From Heteronotia binoei (taxonomy: Eukaryota): 64,000 nt of DNA. The DNA lies in contig NC_083236.1 in NCBI RefSeq assembly GCF_032191835.1, positions 33,046,001 through 33,110,000 of the forward strand, read 5' to 3'. A model generated the notes under the pieces. The model made no database searches. It was not told the origin of the DNA and saw only the letters and a program-made list of their open reading frames with translations. A program made the translations under genes and the position numbers. Shown here one piece after another: positions 1 through 11,580 of this stretch (within the stretch, counting starts at the first letter, position 1; each line of letters opens with the position of its first letter).

Positions 1-240
1 CCTATAGTTTTTAGAAACAAATGCCCTCAGTGGTCATTGCTAGGAAAGTTTTGCCAGCCTTCAAACATTGGTTTTTATCGGTAAAAGTCAGGGGTGAGGG
101 CAGGGCCCTTTTGAGGGCTGTTCTGGCCCTTGAGGGAGGTCCCAAACCTGACATCAGCCACCAGGTGGCTTGCTATACCTGATTTTCATGACTCACCCAG
201 ACCTGGCTGCTTGCTACTGTTCAACAGCAGCTATCCCATG

Positions 241-465
241 AAAGCCATTGTGGGGTAGTGGTTACAGTTCAGACTAGGATATGGAAGATCCCGATTCAAA
301 CAACCAGTCTGCCATGGAAACTCACTGGGCGACCTTGGGTCAGTTCCATGTCCTCTCATCCTAACACACACCACTGGGTTTCTGTGAGGATAAAATGAAG
401 ACAAGGGGAATGATGCAAGCTACCTGGATCCCCATTGCGGAGAGAGGTGGGGTATAAATTAAGTA
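241..465 (+). mobile_element. Older tRNA-derived SINE
   Basis: A/B boxes, GCCATGGAA..CTCACTGGG.GACCTTGGG core and GGGGTATAAAT tail. Related copies at about 8083-8262, 17128-17345 and 43518-43750 (+), and 31590-31805, 51475-51685 and 56340-56510 (-). Confidence 0.7.
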
Positions 466-2070
466 AATATATAATCTATATATAGCTGAAAATGATGGGC
501 AGATAAAGGGTGTGTTGGTTGGTGGGTAGCAAAGAAGGAAACGAAAGTTGAAGATATGGAAAATGCCAGGAAAAAGGAAATGGAACAGGGACAAATGAGG
601 TGTCCCCTGCAAGCCCTTGCAGATTCCACACTACACAAATGGGCCTGGCCTCATGGCTAATACTGTACAACTCGTCCATAGTATTCCTGGGGACAGGGTA
701 CCAGGAGAAGGAAGGAGGGAAAGCTGAAGATGGGGCAGTGGGTAGGCTGTCCAAAGGGGTGGGAAGGAAGGGAGAAAGCAGCAAAAGACTGTGGGGGCTG
801 TTAGCGAATTCTGTTTATGCACAGGTCACCAAAACTGTTGGGGGATTTCTATTGCACAAATCCCAAACCAACCTCCAGGAACCAAAACAACCTGCAGTTA
901 TCAGAAGGCTAATACATACTCACTAATAAATTTTAAGACCTCATAGATAAACTTTATTAGACTCCAAGTTTAGAAAAGCAAACAGTTTACTAGACTTCAA
1001 GTTTCTCCTTTAGACAGAAGGCTTAAAATATAGCTAGAAAGGCAAAACAAGAGATTACATTAGTACAGTTGCACATACAGTTCCTTTAGACAGAAGGCTT
1101 AAAATATATGGATAGAAAACAAAACAGTTGGATAAACTTAGCACATTTAAGAAAACAATCACACAGTTAGAATTCAGAAGTTAGAAGTATAAAGCATAGT
1201 TCTACCATAAAAATGTAAGTCCCAACAGGGACTTCCCCTATTAGTAACATCTTCCCATTTAAAATCTAAGTCCCATTCTAGCAGAGCAATGCTCTATATT
1301 CTAAATTTGAACATGTTTGAGCATTTACACTATGTTTGAGACCTAAAACTGGAGATAACTTAAAATCAGCAATGGCTGTCTATCCTCTTAGGTTGTCCAG
1401 CAGAGAAACTGTCTCTGCAGAGCAACCTAAGAGTCTAAGTTTCAAGTAGTTTGACATGATCTGACACAGAGGCAGTGTAGTGCAGATCAGCAGCTTGTGC
1501 CCAACAATCCACAGCTTTTAAAGGCTCCAACCGATCCCATATTAGATCTACTGGGTCACTTACTGTAAATAATTTTACAGCCAAATGTAAACAATTAGAG
1601 CCCAGCTTGGCCGCAGCTCACTTTGACCTTTGAACCACTTAGCAGGCTTCCTCCATCTTGTTTCCTGCCATATCATATATGGAGAGGCAGCTTGCCCCCC
1701 CCCTCATCCACTAACCCAATTTAGCCCAGATATAGATGCTCTATGGTGCTGAAAGACTGAGACCTCTAGTTGCCAAATTCCATAACTGCAGCCAAAATAA
1801 TTGTGAGGGCCAACGCGAAGAGAAATATAGGCCGCGGTCACACTCACCATTAAATCCATCCCTAATCCATCGCTATTATACCCTGCAGCTTTTTTACAAC
1901 GAATTTCCTGATCAGACATCCCTCCATCCTTCAGTTCTAAGCAGCGTTGCTCCCATTGCTGGTTGATCAGAGGTCTCAACCGGACCTCATTTTTTGAGAT
2001 GGCATTCCACACTCGCGCAAGCGCGGTACCGTGGGATATCATGCTTGGCTTTTTTTTTAAAGATGCCAGA

Positions 2071-2470
2071 AAAGGTGGGCGATCTGCCCCCCCCCCCCCA
2101 TTTAAACACCCAGAAAGGAAGGGGAAGCCCAGGAGTTCTCTTTGCTGTCTCTCCGCCTGGCGGGGAGACAGCAAAGGTGGGTCATCTTCCTCCCCCCTCA
2201 TTTAAACACCCTGCCATGGTGTTTAAATGGGGGGGGGGGAGCATGGCAACTCTCTTTGCTGTCTCTCCAACTGGCAGGGAGACAGCAAAGGTGGGTGATC
2301 TTCCTCCCCCCCCATTTAAACACCCCGACGTAGTGTTTAAATGGGGGAGGGGGTAGCACGGCAACTCTCTTTGCTGTCTCTCCGCCTGGCGGGGAGACGG
2401 CAAAGGTGGGTCATCTTCCTCCCCTGGCAGGGAGACAGCAAAGGTGGGCGATCTGCCTCCCACCCCATTT
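2071..2470. repeat. Tandem array of ~114-bp units, each containing two hairpins
   Basis: Unit starts at 2141, 2255 and 2370 (periods 114 and 115 bp), plus partial units at both ends. Confidence 0.9.
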
Positions 2471-2473
2471 AGG

Positions 2474-2655
2474 AAAGGTCCCCTGTGCAAGCACCAGTCG
2501 TTTTCGACTCTGGGGTGATGCTGCTTTCACAAAGTTTTCACGGCAGACCTTTTACAAGGTGCTTTGCCATTGCCTTCCCCGTTCATTACACTTTCCCCCC
2601 CAGCAAGCTGGGTACATATTTTACCAACTTCGGAAGGTTGGAAGGCTGAGTCAAC
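2474..2655 (-). mobile_element. Sauria-type SINE 3' fragment
   Basis: AAAGGTCCCCTGTGCAAGCACCAGTCG...GCCATTGCCTTCCCC...CAGCAAGCTGGGTAC..ATTTTACC.AC.TCGGAAGG.TGGAAGGCTGAGTCAAC matches the recalled reverse-complement Sauria SINE consensus. Confidence 0.8.
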
Positions 2656-3353
2656 AATTGCTGGCGCAATGATATCATTTGGAGTGGGCTCTCATAGGGA
2701 AGTGGATGTACACTTGAGATGAGTCGGCTACAATGGAGCGTTCAAATATAGAAAATACGCGCGGGAGTCGTCGGAAGCATTCTTATTCTGGATTTAATGT
2801 ACTATCAAAAAAGTCCGTGTCTCAGTCGTGGCAGTTTGGGACACGAACGAGCCAACGACCATTGCCAGATGCTGATGTTTGGACAACCGCATAAAATCCG
2901 ACATGCATCTGGCTTTCATCCATGCCCATCTCGTCAGTTTATGTTCGTCTGACCTCGGCCATAGAAACTTAAGAAACTTTGAAGAGCTTAGTGCCCATTT
3001 CATAAGAGGCCCAACCCAAAATTCTGTGACAGGGACTTTCAAGAAAGAGAAAGAAGAAATAGTGGTGGAAGAGAAATGAGATGCCCTCTGCAAATCTTTG
3101 TAGGTCCCCTGCTTGTAAACAGATATATTATAAAATGATGGGTAGAATCCATCTCCATGAAAGCTCAGCAGCACATGTCAAAAATAGCAGACATACAGAT
3201 CATTTGAACTTTCTTCTCTTCCCTGGTTTGCCATGTGCATGACTACAGCCACTTCTTACAATGGGGAAGTAGGAAAGTCTTGCCAGCCTTCTGAGACCCC
3301 ATTTGTGTACACCACCCCTCCTTTCCCTGGAGGCCCCTGCCAGCAACTCCTAC

Positions 3354-3484
3354 CTTCAAATCACCTGAAATGTTGGCTCCTGCCAAGATGCCAGTAGCAG
3401 ATGGGAAAAAGATTGAAAACAAACCAAAAAAGCTGCCATCAGGCCCACGCCAGTGGGGCACGAAGTTCTGAGCAAATATATCCG
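3354..3484 (-). CDS. SLC12A3: NCC exon 8 (131 bp); the gene continues beyond the window start
   Basis: [43 protein letters not shown]; cag acceptor, gtagga donor. Exon 9 (DPAxAIPKGT...) was not found in 1-3353. Confidence 0.97.
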
Positions 3485-3839
3485 CTGCAACAGAAGAAAG
3501 GGTTTATCCTTGTAGTGAGTTCAGGTTAACCATACTTTTTCATGGTATTTTCTTCAATGTACTAGCAAGGCTTCCCCACCACCCCTCCTCTTTTTCTTTA
3601 ACCAATAAACATGTTGGGGAATTGGCTCTAACGCACCAGGACATGGAGAAGGTGACTCCCCCCAGCTGAAGGGATGGAGCAGGCAAGTGTCTGTGTGAAT
3701 AAAAGTAGCTTAGATTTTGGTAAAGAGAGAAATGAACAGAGACCGTTGGAACTCAGCTGAAGCATTTTGGGGTGAGTTTCCTTCTCCCCCTAAGGATCTG
3801 ACATGGGATAGTAGATTTTTTGTCTTGTAGGATTACCTT

Positions 3840-4277
3840 CAGGGGTGGCCAAACTGTAGCTCAGGAACCACATGTGGCTCTTTCACACACATTGTGTGGC
3901 TCTTGAAGCCCCCACTGCCCTGCTGGCTGGCAGCTTGGAGAATAAATGTAAAGTTGCTTTCTTTCCTCCTCTTCTTCCCTNNNNNNNNNNNNNNNNNNNN
4001 NNNNNNNNNNNNNNNNNNNNNNNNNNNNNNNNNNNNNNNNNNNNNNNNNNNNNNNNNNNNNNNNNNNNNNNNNNNNNNNNNNNNNNNNNNNNNNNNNNNN
4101 NNNNNNNNNNNNNNNNNNNNNNNNNNNNNNNNNNNNNNNNNNNNNNNNNNNNNNNNNNNNNNNNNNNNNNNNNNNNNNNNNNNNNNNNNNNNNNNNNNNN
4201 NNNCATGTGTTGCGGCTCTCAAACATCTGGCATTTATTCCATGTGGCTCTTACGTTAATCAAATTTAGCCACCCCTG
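3840..4277. mobile_element. hAT-type non-autonomous element spanning the assembly gap
   Basis: CAGGGGTGGCCAAA...TTTAGCCACCCCTG terminal inverted repeats; 8-bp TSD ATTACCTT/ATTATCTT. Confidence 0.85.
3981..4203. other. Assembly gap (223 N)
   Basis: Run of N inside the hAT element. Confidence 0.99.
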
Positions 4278-4471
4278 ATTATCTTTATTCCTCCACCCAT
4301 GCTCTAGCTGTCAATAAAACAAATGCTAGGAAAATGTTGTCAGTTCCTCTTTCTTTCTCATGCTAACAAACCAACCAAGCTAAGAGCTGACCCTGGACCT
4401 TAGCTGAACTCTGATTTTTTTTTTTTTTTTTAGGATTTGAAGAATTGAAATGATGTGTTGTTGCTATTGCC

Positions 4472-4800
4472 TGTGCGTGTGTGTATGTGTAAAGTGCCAT
4501 CAAGTCATAGCTGACTTATGAAGACCCCATAGGTTTTTCAAGGCAAGAGATGTTCAGAAGTGGTTTGCCATTACCTGCCTCTAATAGTGTTGTATCCAGG
4601 GTTTTGTGCACACATGCGCTTGTACAGCAGCTCATTGGAGCCAGTATCTGATCATGATCAGCACCTCTTCCTATATCAGACCCAGTATTTAACAAATTAA
4701 CCTGCATTTTCTTGGTGGTCTCCCATCCAAGTACTAACCAGGGCCAGCCCTGTTTAATTTCCAAGATCTGATGAGATTGGGCTAGCCTGGGCCCTCCAGG
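4472..4800 (-). mobile_element. 5S rRNA-derived SINE (SINE3) with BovB/Sauria-type tail
   Basis: The minus-strand head ...GATCTTGGAAATTAAACAGGGCTGGCCCTGGTTAGTACTTGGATGGGAGACCACC resembles 5S rRNA; tail GGCAAACCAC...CTTGCCTTGAAAA..C..TGGGGTC..CATAAGTCAGC. Other copies at about 12760-12930 (+), 26306-26482 (-), 41992-42160 (+) and 50119-50310 (-). Confidence 0.8.
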
Positions 4801-4969
4801 CTATTGCTTAGAGAAGTATTAACTTGTTGATTTGAAAGTCTCATCAGTTACCTCAGCTCTGTGAGGCCTTTGAGTTTCTCTTGCTTATTTGTCATATTAC
4901 TTTTTCTGGGGGCCTGCAATTCACAAAGATTCTCTTCTGTATCATGCATTCATGCCAGCAGCTGCTTAC

Positions 4970-5081
4970 CTCTGTAACTGAAGAATCCTTTTGCTTGTTT
5001 TTCCACGCTTGCTGGGATTATTGTCCCAACAACATAGTTTACAAAGGAGATCATGATGACTATGAAGAAGAGAACCTGGGC
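4970..5081 (-). CDS. SLC12A3: NCC exon 7 (112 bp)
   Basis: [37 protein letters not shown]; cag acceptor, gtaagc donor. Confidence 0.97.
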
Positions 5082-6218
5082 CTGCAAGAAGAAGCAAATA
5101 TAGTGTGAGAAGTGTATGGGTCCAGGGGAAGGGCTATTGCTCAGTGGTGGAACATCTGCATTGCAATCCAAAGGTTTTAGGTTCAGTCCCCGGCATTTTA
5201 GTTAAAAGAATGTGGGTGATGTGGAAGACCTCAACTGGGAACTTTGGAGCTCTTCCACTTCATACACACCTTGATAAGCCAATGTCCTAGGTTTGGACAG
5301 CATGTAAAACAGTGCATGATGGAGTCAGAAGCACACAAGAGCCTGTATGCTTAGATGGCATCAAATGTACAACAGAGGTGACACAGCAATAACCTACATT
5401 TATTTCCAGGTGTATAATAAAAGGGGAGGAAAGATTACATCCCTCAAAATTAGGATATATTCTAAGTAGACAACTACCCACCAATGACTTCTATCTCCAA
5501 CACACAGAGAAAGGGTGTAATCAGATGGGGAGTTAACCACAGCAATCTTTTGGCTTTCAGACAGAATCCACCTGGCTGGCAGCTGACACACAGGTCATAC
5601 ACACACAGGGCGGAGCAATCACACTACCCCTGCACAGGCATGGTGAGTCCAAGCCAATCACGCTGCCAGGAATGTGCCATGGAAGTGCCAGAAGGCCTTT
5701 GCTTTACTCTGTTCCTGGGCCAACTGACCACAAGGTAAGGATGAGTGGGTTGCAAGGAACAGGTGTGCATGTGTGATCATGCAAATTAAATCAAGGGGTG
5801 GGGATAGCTATGGCAGGCCAAAATGCCCTTCTGATCACAACCAAACATATTTATTTTAAAATTCTGGTCCAGCAGACTTTGAAGCAACATAGCAGAAATT
5901 TGAAGAAGGGGTGGGGCCAGCACTGATAAGTCAAGCCCTGATCTGATTCAGGGAGTGGGAGGATCACTAGAACTGGACTTAAAGCAGGTCAGGTCTGTGT
6001 CCACTCATATAATAAGCAAGGAGCTGATGAACAGGATCAAACAAAGGGGATGAAGGGTCCCTTGGACATTTAAATACTGAATTTGGAGATGGTGTTTGGA
6101 GAGACTGGGGCAGAACATTGAAGCCTTTTTTACTTGCCTGGAATCTCCAACCAAATCAGCTTTGGTTTCTTCCCCATTGTGTGTATGTATGTCCATACAC
6201 ACACATAAAACTTCTCAC

Positions 6219-6329
6219 CTTAGCTTCCCATTCCATTCCAGCCAAGGAAATGCCGAGCAGCACAGTCACGGTGATAACTCCAATAATTCGGATGTCATTT
6301 GTGGGGTCTACAATTGGAGAATTGTATTC
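6219..6329 (-). CDS. SLC12A3: NCC exon 6 (111 bp)
   Basis: [37 protein letters not shown]; tag acceptor, gtgaga donor. Confidence 0.97.
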
Positions 6330-8693
6330 CTAAGAAAAGAAACTCAGCCTTCAGTGTTTTGCAAGCTTGCTGTCAGAATGAATAAAGAATGGACAATGAC
6401 TTGGAATAACTCCAGGTATGGGAATCCACAGGAAACAGAAAATAAGAAGTCAGCTAACTTAGTGGACACTTGCATACCTCTAAGGAGAGATAAAATTTAC
6501 CTGTCTCTTCCTTAACCAGATGGTCTGTGTCCCTAAAGCTGTTATACATTACAGAAAGGTTTTACAGTCTCCCTCTCATTGCTGAATCCTTCTCATAGAT
6601 GAGAATTTCTTCCTCATATTCATCATTTCATCCCCAGGTGACAGAAAGGACAATTGTGTCTAAAGAGGTTATTGAATTTTGTGACAACTCTGGTTCAGTT
6701 GGAAAGCTCAGGTTTTTTCAGATGATGTTACCATACTCAGAACAAAGCCACATTTATCTTTTTTTCTTGACTATATCAACAAAAATCAGTAGGAATATTG
6801 CTGTAAATGCTGATGCCTGTTTTTATACAAAATGGTGTATAAATGGCAAATCATACAAAAATGTCATAAAAAACAAAACTAACAAAAGAAAGAAATATAA
6901 TGGGAAACTCCCCCTCCACTACCCTCCCCCCCCCCCAACCAGGCTGGACAAAAGTGGACTTCCCCATCATGGATAAAAGTGAACAAAAAATGAAAATATA
7001 CATATTCATGCATTTCAAATTGCATATCTCCCTCCAATTACTTAAAATGGCTGTAATATCTTCTCACCTTAGCTGTTTAATCAGGCAAAAGTAGATACTT
7101 CATTTCCCTGTATAATCTAGTTTATATTATGCATACATGTTAAGGGCCTCAGGCACTGATCCAATAATCTGGATATAGTAATCTGACAAAATTACATGCT
7201 GCAATCCAAAGAGCACATTTTTGGAAATAAGGCCCACTGAATAAAACTGCACTGACTTCTGATTATACCTGCTTAGTGTCCTGTTAGCTGGTTAATTGGT
7301 GGAAGCATATTTTAACAGATGTGTGTGTCAGATTTAAACAAATTCTTGTTCATTTTTGGAAGCTATTTTGGCTCTGGTGTGTTAATGCAGCAGGGGTTTC
7401 TTCTCCTTTTAGATAATATTGCTTTCCTCATCCTTCCCTCATTCTCAAGAGGCCCCTATTCTGAGGTTTCAGTAACATGTACATTTATTTAAATTGAACC
7501 CATAAGTGATATGTACAGCCCTTAAGGAGGGGGGGGGGGGATTGTGAAGACTCTCTGTGAGGTGTTGCTTAGCAACAGGGCAGAGGGAGACCTGACTAGC
7601 TGGTTCCCTCAGGGGAGAGTAAAAAGACTGGGAAGCAGGGGAGTAGCTATAGGAGTGAGGGAGAATTTGCCCTGAGCTGTAGTGCAGTTGGATGAAGAGA
7701 AGCTGATTGAAACTACACCTATTGAGGAGTAGTTCACATTCTGGGGTGTGTGGGGGGGGAGTGTTTTCTCATTGACAGGAAAGGATGGCAGGCTCTCAGA
7801 ACCCTAAGAGGGAAAGACCTCCACATGCACACCAGCTCAACAGTAACTCTCCAAGGGCATGCTTTTCCTTTTGGCCCCAGAAGAGGAGAGCAATGCATCC
7901 TGATTGCCCTCATGCAATTCTGAATAAGTCCCAAAGACCAACAGGACACATTTCTCCCATGCCTTGACCCTGTCTTTTCCCTCACACAGTGCCTTTGAAC
8001 AGTGATTATTGGGTTACCCTTTTATTCGGATGAAGTGAGTCCTAATTCATGGAAGTTTATCCTTGAATATATTTTGTTGAAAGCCAGCATGGTATAATGA
8101 TTAGAGCGTCAGACAAGGATCTAGGCGACCCAAGTTTGAGTCTCACTCTACTATGGAAACTCGCTGAATTACTTTGGACCAGACATACACTGGAAGAGAG
8201 GAGAATGATGTTGGCTGCTTTTCATCCTCACTAGGGAGAAGGCTGGGTATAAATGAAGGAAATAAATCAATAGTTTTTAAGGTGCCACTGGAGTCCTGAC
8301 TTTCATTTTGCTACCACAGACTACTATGGCAACCCTCCTGGGATCTTTTGGCTCTGCCTTTAAAGCCTAGAAATGACTAAGCCTTTAAAAGAAAAATTCT
8401 GCTAGCATTTGGTAGAATGAAATTTTAAGTCTTGCAAATAACAATTCAACCCAATATATGGCTGCCAGACCTCCAGTTGGGGCTTGGAGATCTTTGGGAA
8501 TGACAACTGATATACAGACTACAGATAGCACTTCCCCTGGAGAAAATAGCTGCTTTGGAGGGTAAGTCTATAAAAATAAAATCTCAAGGAATTTCCTAAA
8601 CTGGAATTGGCTAACCTTAGCTAATAGAGCTTTGGTATACCAGCACCAAATCACTTCACAATAAATAATTTTTTTTAAAAAACCTTTCTTTTA

Positions 8694-8906
<213 letters not shown>

Positions 8907-9467
8907 TTACTTCATTTCCAACAATACACAAATGTGCACGATCACACATGCACATCCCCCCCCCCCCCACGTCTTCCCTCTCCTTGCTTTGTGTTAGGAT
9001 GGGCTGGGTCTGGAAGTTCCCGGTAGCAAATCTCTAAAATGCATACAGGACACATTTCCTAGCTGTCTGAATGGCCGGGGTGAACAATGTACCCGGCCTG
9101 CATATGCAGGAGCAGTCCAAGTGCTCCTCTTGTGCATGTGCAGTCCATGTTGGCAGCAGGGCAGCGGCTGTGTGATTGCTGTGGCATGCATCAAAGAGAA
9201 CTGGCTTTTTCAAAGCCAGTATACAGCCATGCCAAATTCCCATTATCTGAAGACAAAGAATGAAACCATCTTGTGGAAGCTAAGCAGATACAGATTTGGA
9301 CAGCACCAGGCTGGGAAACCCTATAGAACTCCTTGAACTTTCATGGGAAGACAGGCCAGATAAAAATACCATCAATAAAAACATGTTTGTGAGCATAACT
9401 AAAGACATGTAATGAGAAAGATTCTGTGGAACTTTGCCAAGTTTTACAGCTAGGCATAAAACACTAC

Positions 9468-9563
9468 CTGATTTGACTTTGCCATTCGTAGAAATTGCTG
9501 AGATTGAAAGTCCAGTGATGGTGGTCACTGTCACAGATATCAGTATGATCACCCATGTCAGTG
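9468..9563 (-). CDS. SLC12A3: NCC exon 4 (96 bp)
   Basis: [31 protein letters not shown]; cag acceptor, gtagtg donor. Confidence 0.96.
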
Positions 9564-10479
9564 CTGTTGAGAAAAGTAATTATTTTAAATTATACTGTAG
9601 TATATAGTATAAACTCAGTTACACTGAATTTTCTCCTATGTGACCCCCATCAGTAATACAGCACCTACTGATATGTTTCTGGGTGCCCTCCCCAAAGCTT
9701 TCACTTCTCCAAATCAAAAAGCCAGTCCTCATTTTCTTTTGCCACATCAGAACAGGTTTTCCAGAACAGACCAGTATTTCCCATGTGTCTGAAATCTGAG
9801 GCATACCTTTCCTGAATTAAAACTGAAGATACTCTTAACTCTTGCCCCTGAAAAGATTTAGTTGCAGAGCATGTCAGAATACAAAGTGCCTGTCCTCAAA
9901 AGAGCCTATCCTCAGTGTTTCTGCAGGAATCACTGTTCTGTACTTCTGCTGCATCAGAAGTGCAGCCATTCTGCACCCAGGATATGCTGACTGGAAGGCA
10001 GGCAACTCCAGACTTGTGTATCATACAGAGATATAACAGGCAACCTCCTCAAGGGTGGGAATTCTGTAGTACTGAGTGACTTAATGATTCAGTGCAGTAG
10101 AATTTCCAACCCTTTAAAAGAGACAGATTGGAAGGAGGCCAGTACAGAACAGTAAATCAAGTAGAGATGCAGGAGACAATCTTCTCTCTGACTGTGCAAT
10201 TTACTCTAAATTTGTAATTAATTTATTTTCTCATGGCAAATTAATAGTTTTCCCATGGCACATAATTTTTTGCAATTCTGTTTGTAAGGCACACTGAGGG
10301 TATCTTTGCCTGTGGGCCATTTACTGTCCTAGTTTTCCCTGACATATTAAAACTAGCAGTGTTTGTAAGAGATTACATTTATGATTCCAGAATAATTTAC
10401 ACTGGAGTCAGTGCCCTCCTGATTTCACTGTTCTGTAAAACTGGTATAAAAGGAAGTAAGATATTTAAAGGTACATTAC

Positions 10480-10555
10480 CTATCCCTGCTTGTGCAGTGA
10501 TCCATGGCAGCCGGAGGTAAAGAATGACGCCCCAAATATTAAGCATGCACCGAAT
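10480..10555 (-). CDS. SLC12A3: NCC exon 3 (76 bp)
   Basis: [25 protein letters not shown] (TM1); tag acceptor, gtaatg donor. Confidence 0.97.
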
Positions 10556-11458
10556 CTAGAAGGGAAAGCAACAGTAATAGCTGGACAGAATCACTACAAC
10601 TTAGCCAGAACAAAACCTCAGGAACAGGGAAGTAACTCAGATGTCGGGACAAATTCAGTCAGCACCTGAATGAAGGTGTCAAAGCCTGAAGCTGTAAGGT
10701 CCTGCACTCATCTGACAACAGAGCCTGGGATTAGTCCTGGATAGGAGAACAATTGGGAGGCTTGTTTGGCAGAATCAAAATGGGTGAAGAGACAGAGGTG
10801 GCATGCACTGATGTGTATATGCATGCTTAAATATTCTCTCATGGGGGGGGGGGGGGATTCCTGAAGATTAAAAAATAGCATGACAAGAGAAAGTACCAGA
10901 CTTTATGCATTCACAGCCCCTCCAATAGAGTTCTAGATTGATCCACTAAATCTTTGAATCCAATTTGATGGTGCTCCTCACCAATTTTGTTTGTCATAAA
11001 AGGAAGGATTCTGCAAGAAACCACCATAGTGTTTCCTGGTTCATCTCCTCCCTGATTCTGATTCTGGCTGTCTTCCTCCAGTTTATGTTGCCCTCTCATA
11101 CCATGGGGTTAGTGAAAGTCTGTGAGTTGGTAGAACTTATTCCCTCTGATGCTTGATGTTATTGCTGCTTGCATGGTTTCATAACGGCCAAAACTATTAC
11201 AAGAGTTGCCTTTTAAAAACAGTTTTCACAGGGGAACCGGAGAAACCTGTGCTGGAAGAGTGGAGGAGCGCTCAGCAACAGGTCCAGTTGCATTGTCAAG
11301 CTGAGATCTTGAAGTGGGTTGCCTTGAGAAGCCCACTGTGGCTTTGGCCATGTACTTGTCATCCTGTCTCAGATAGTGGGAATAGTGTTAGGCCAGAAGG
11401 CCTGAAATCTGTTGCACCCCGCCCCCCCCCAACAAAATGTAGTTCTTAAATGAAAATG

Positions 11459-11580
11459 AAATCATAGAATCATAGAGTTGGAAGGGACCTCTAGAGTCAT
11501 CTAGTTCAACCCCCTGTACAATGCAGGAACTTCATAAATGCCTTCTCCACACATGTACATCCCCAGTGACCCCTGCTTCA
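11459..11580 (-). mobile_element. CR1 LINE 3' end fragment
   Basis: AATCATAGAATCATAGAGTTGGAAGGGACC.CTAGAG.TCATCTAGT.CAACCCC is the reverse complement of the typical CR1 (ATTCTATG)n terminus. Confidence 0.75.

Noticed and set aside
2071-2470. CRISPR-like reading of the palindromic repeat array
   Set aside because: The context is a vertebrate intron, there are no cas genes, and the variable parts are 7-13-nt loops rather than 25-40-nt unique spacers.
3839-4268. ORFs full of X
   Set aside because: Artefacts of the 223-N gap.
4700-4800. 5S rRNA genes (also near 12770, 26420, 42010 and 50260)
   Set aside because: All are partial, diverged and fused to a LINE-derived tail, so they are SINE heads.
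7505-7990. Solo LTR
   Set aside because: It has an LTR-like composition and TG/CA candidates, but no matching TSD and no second copy in the window.
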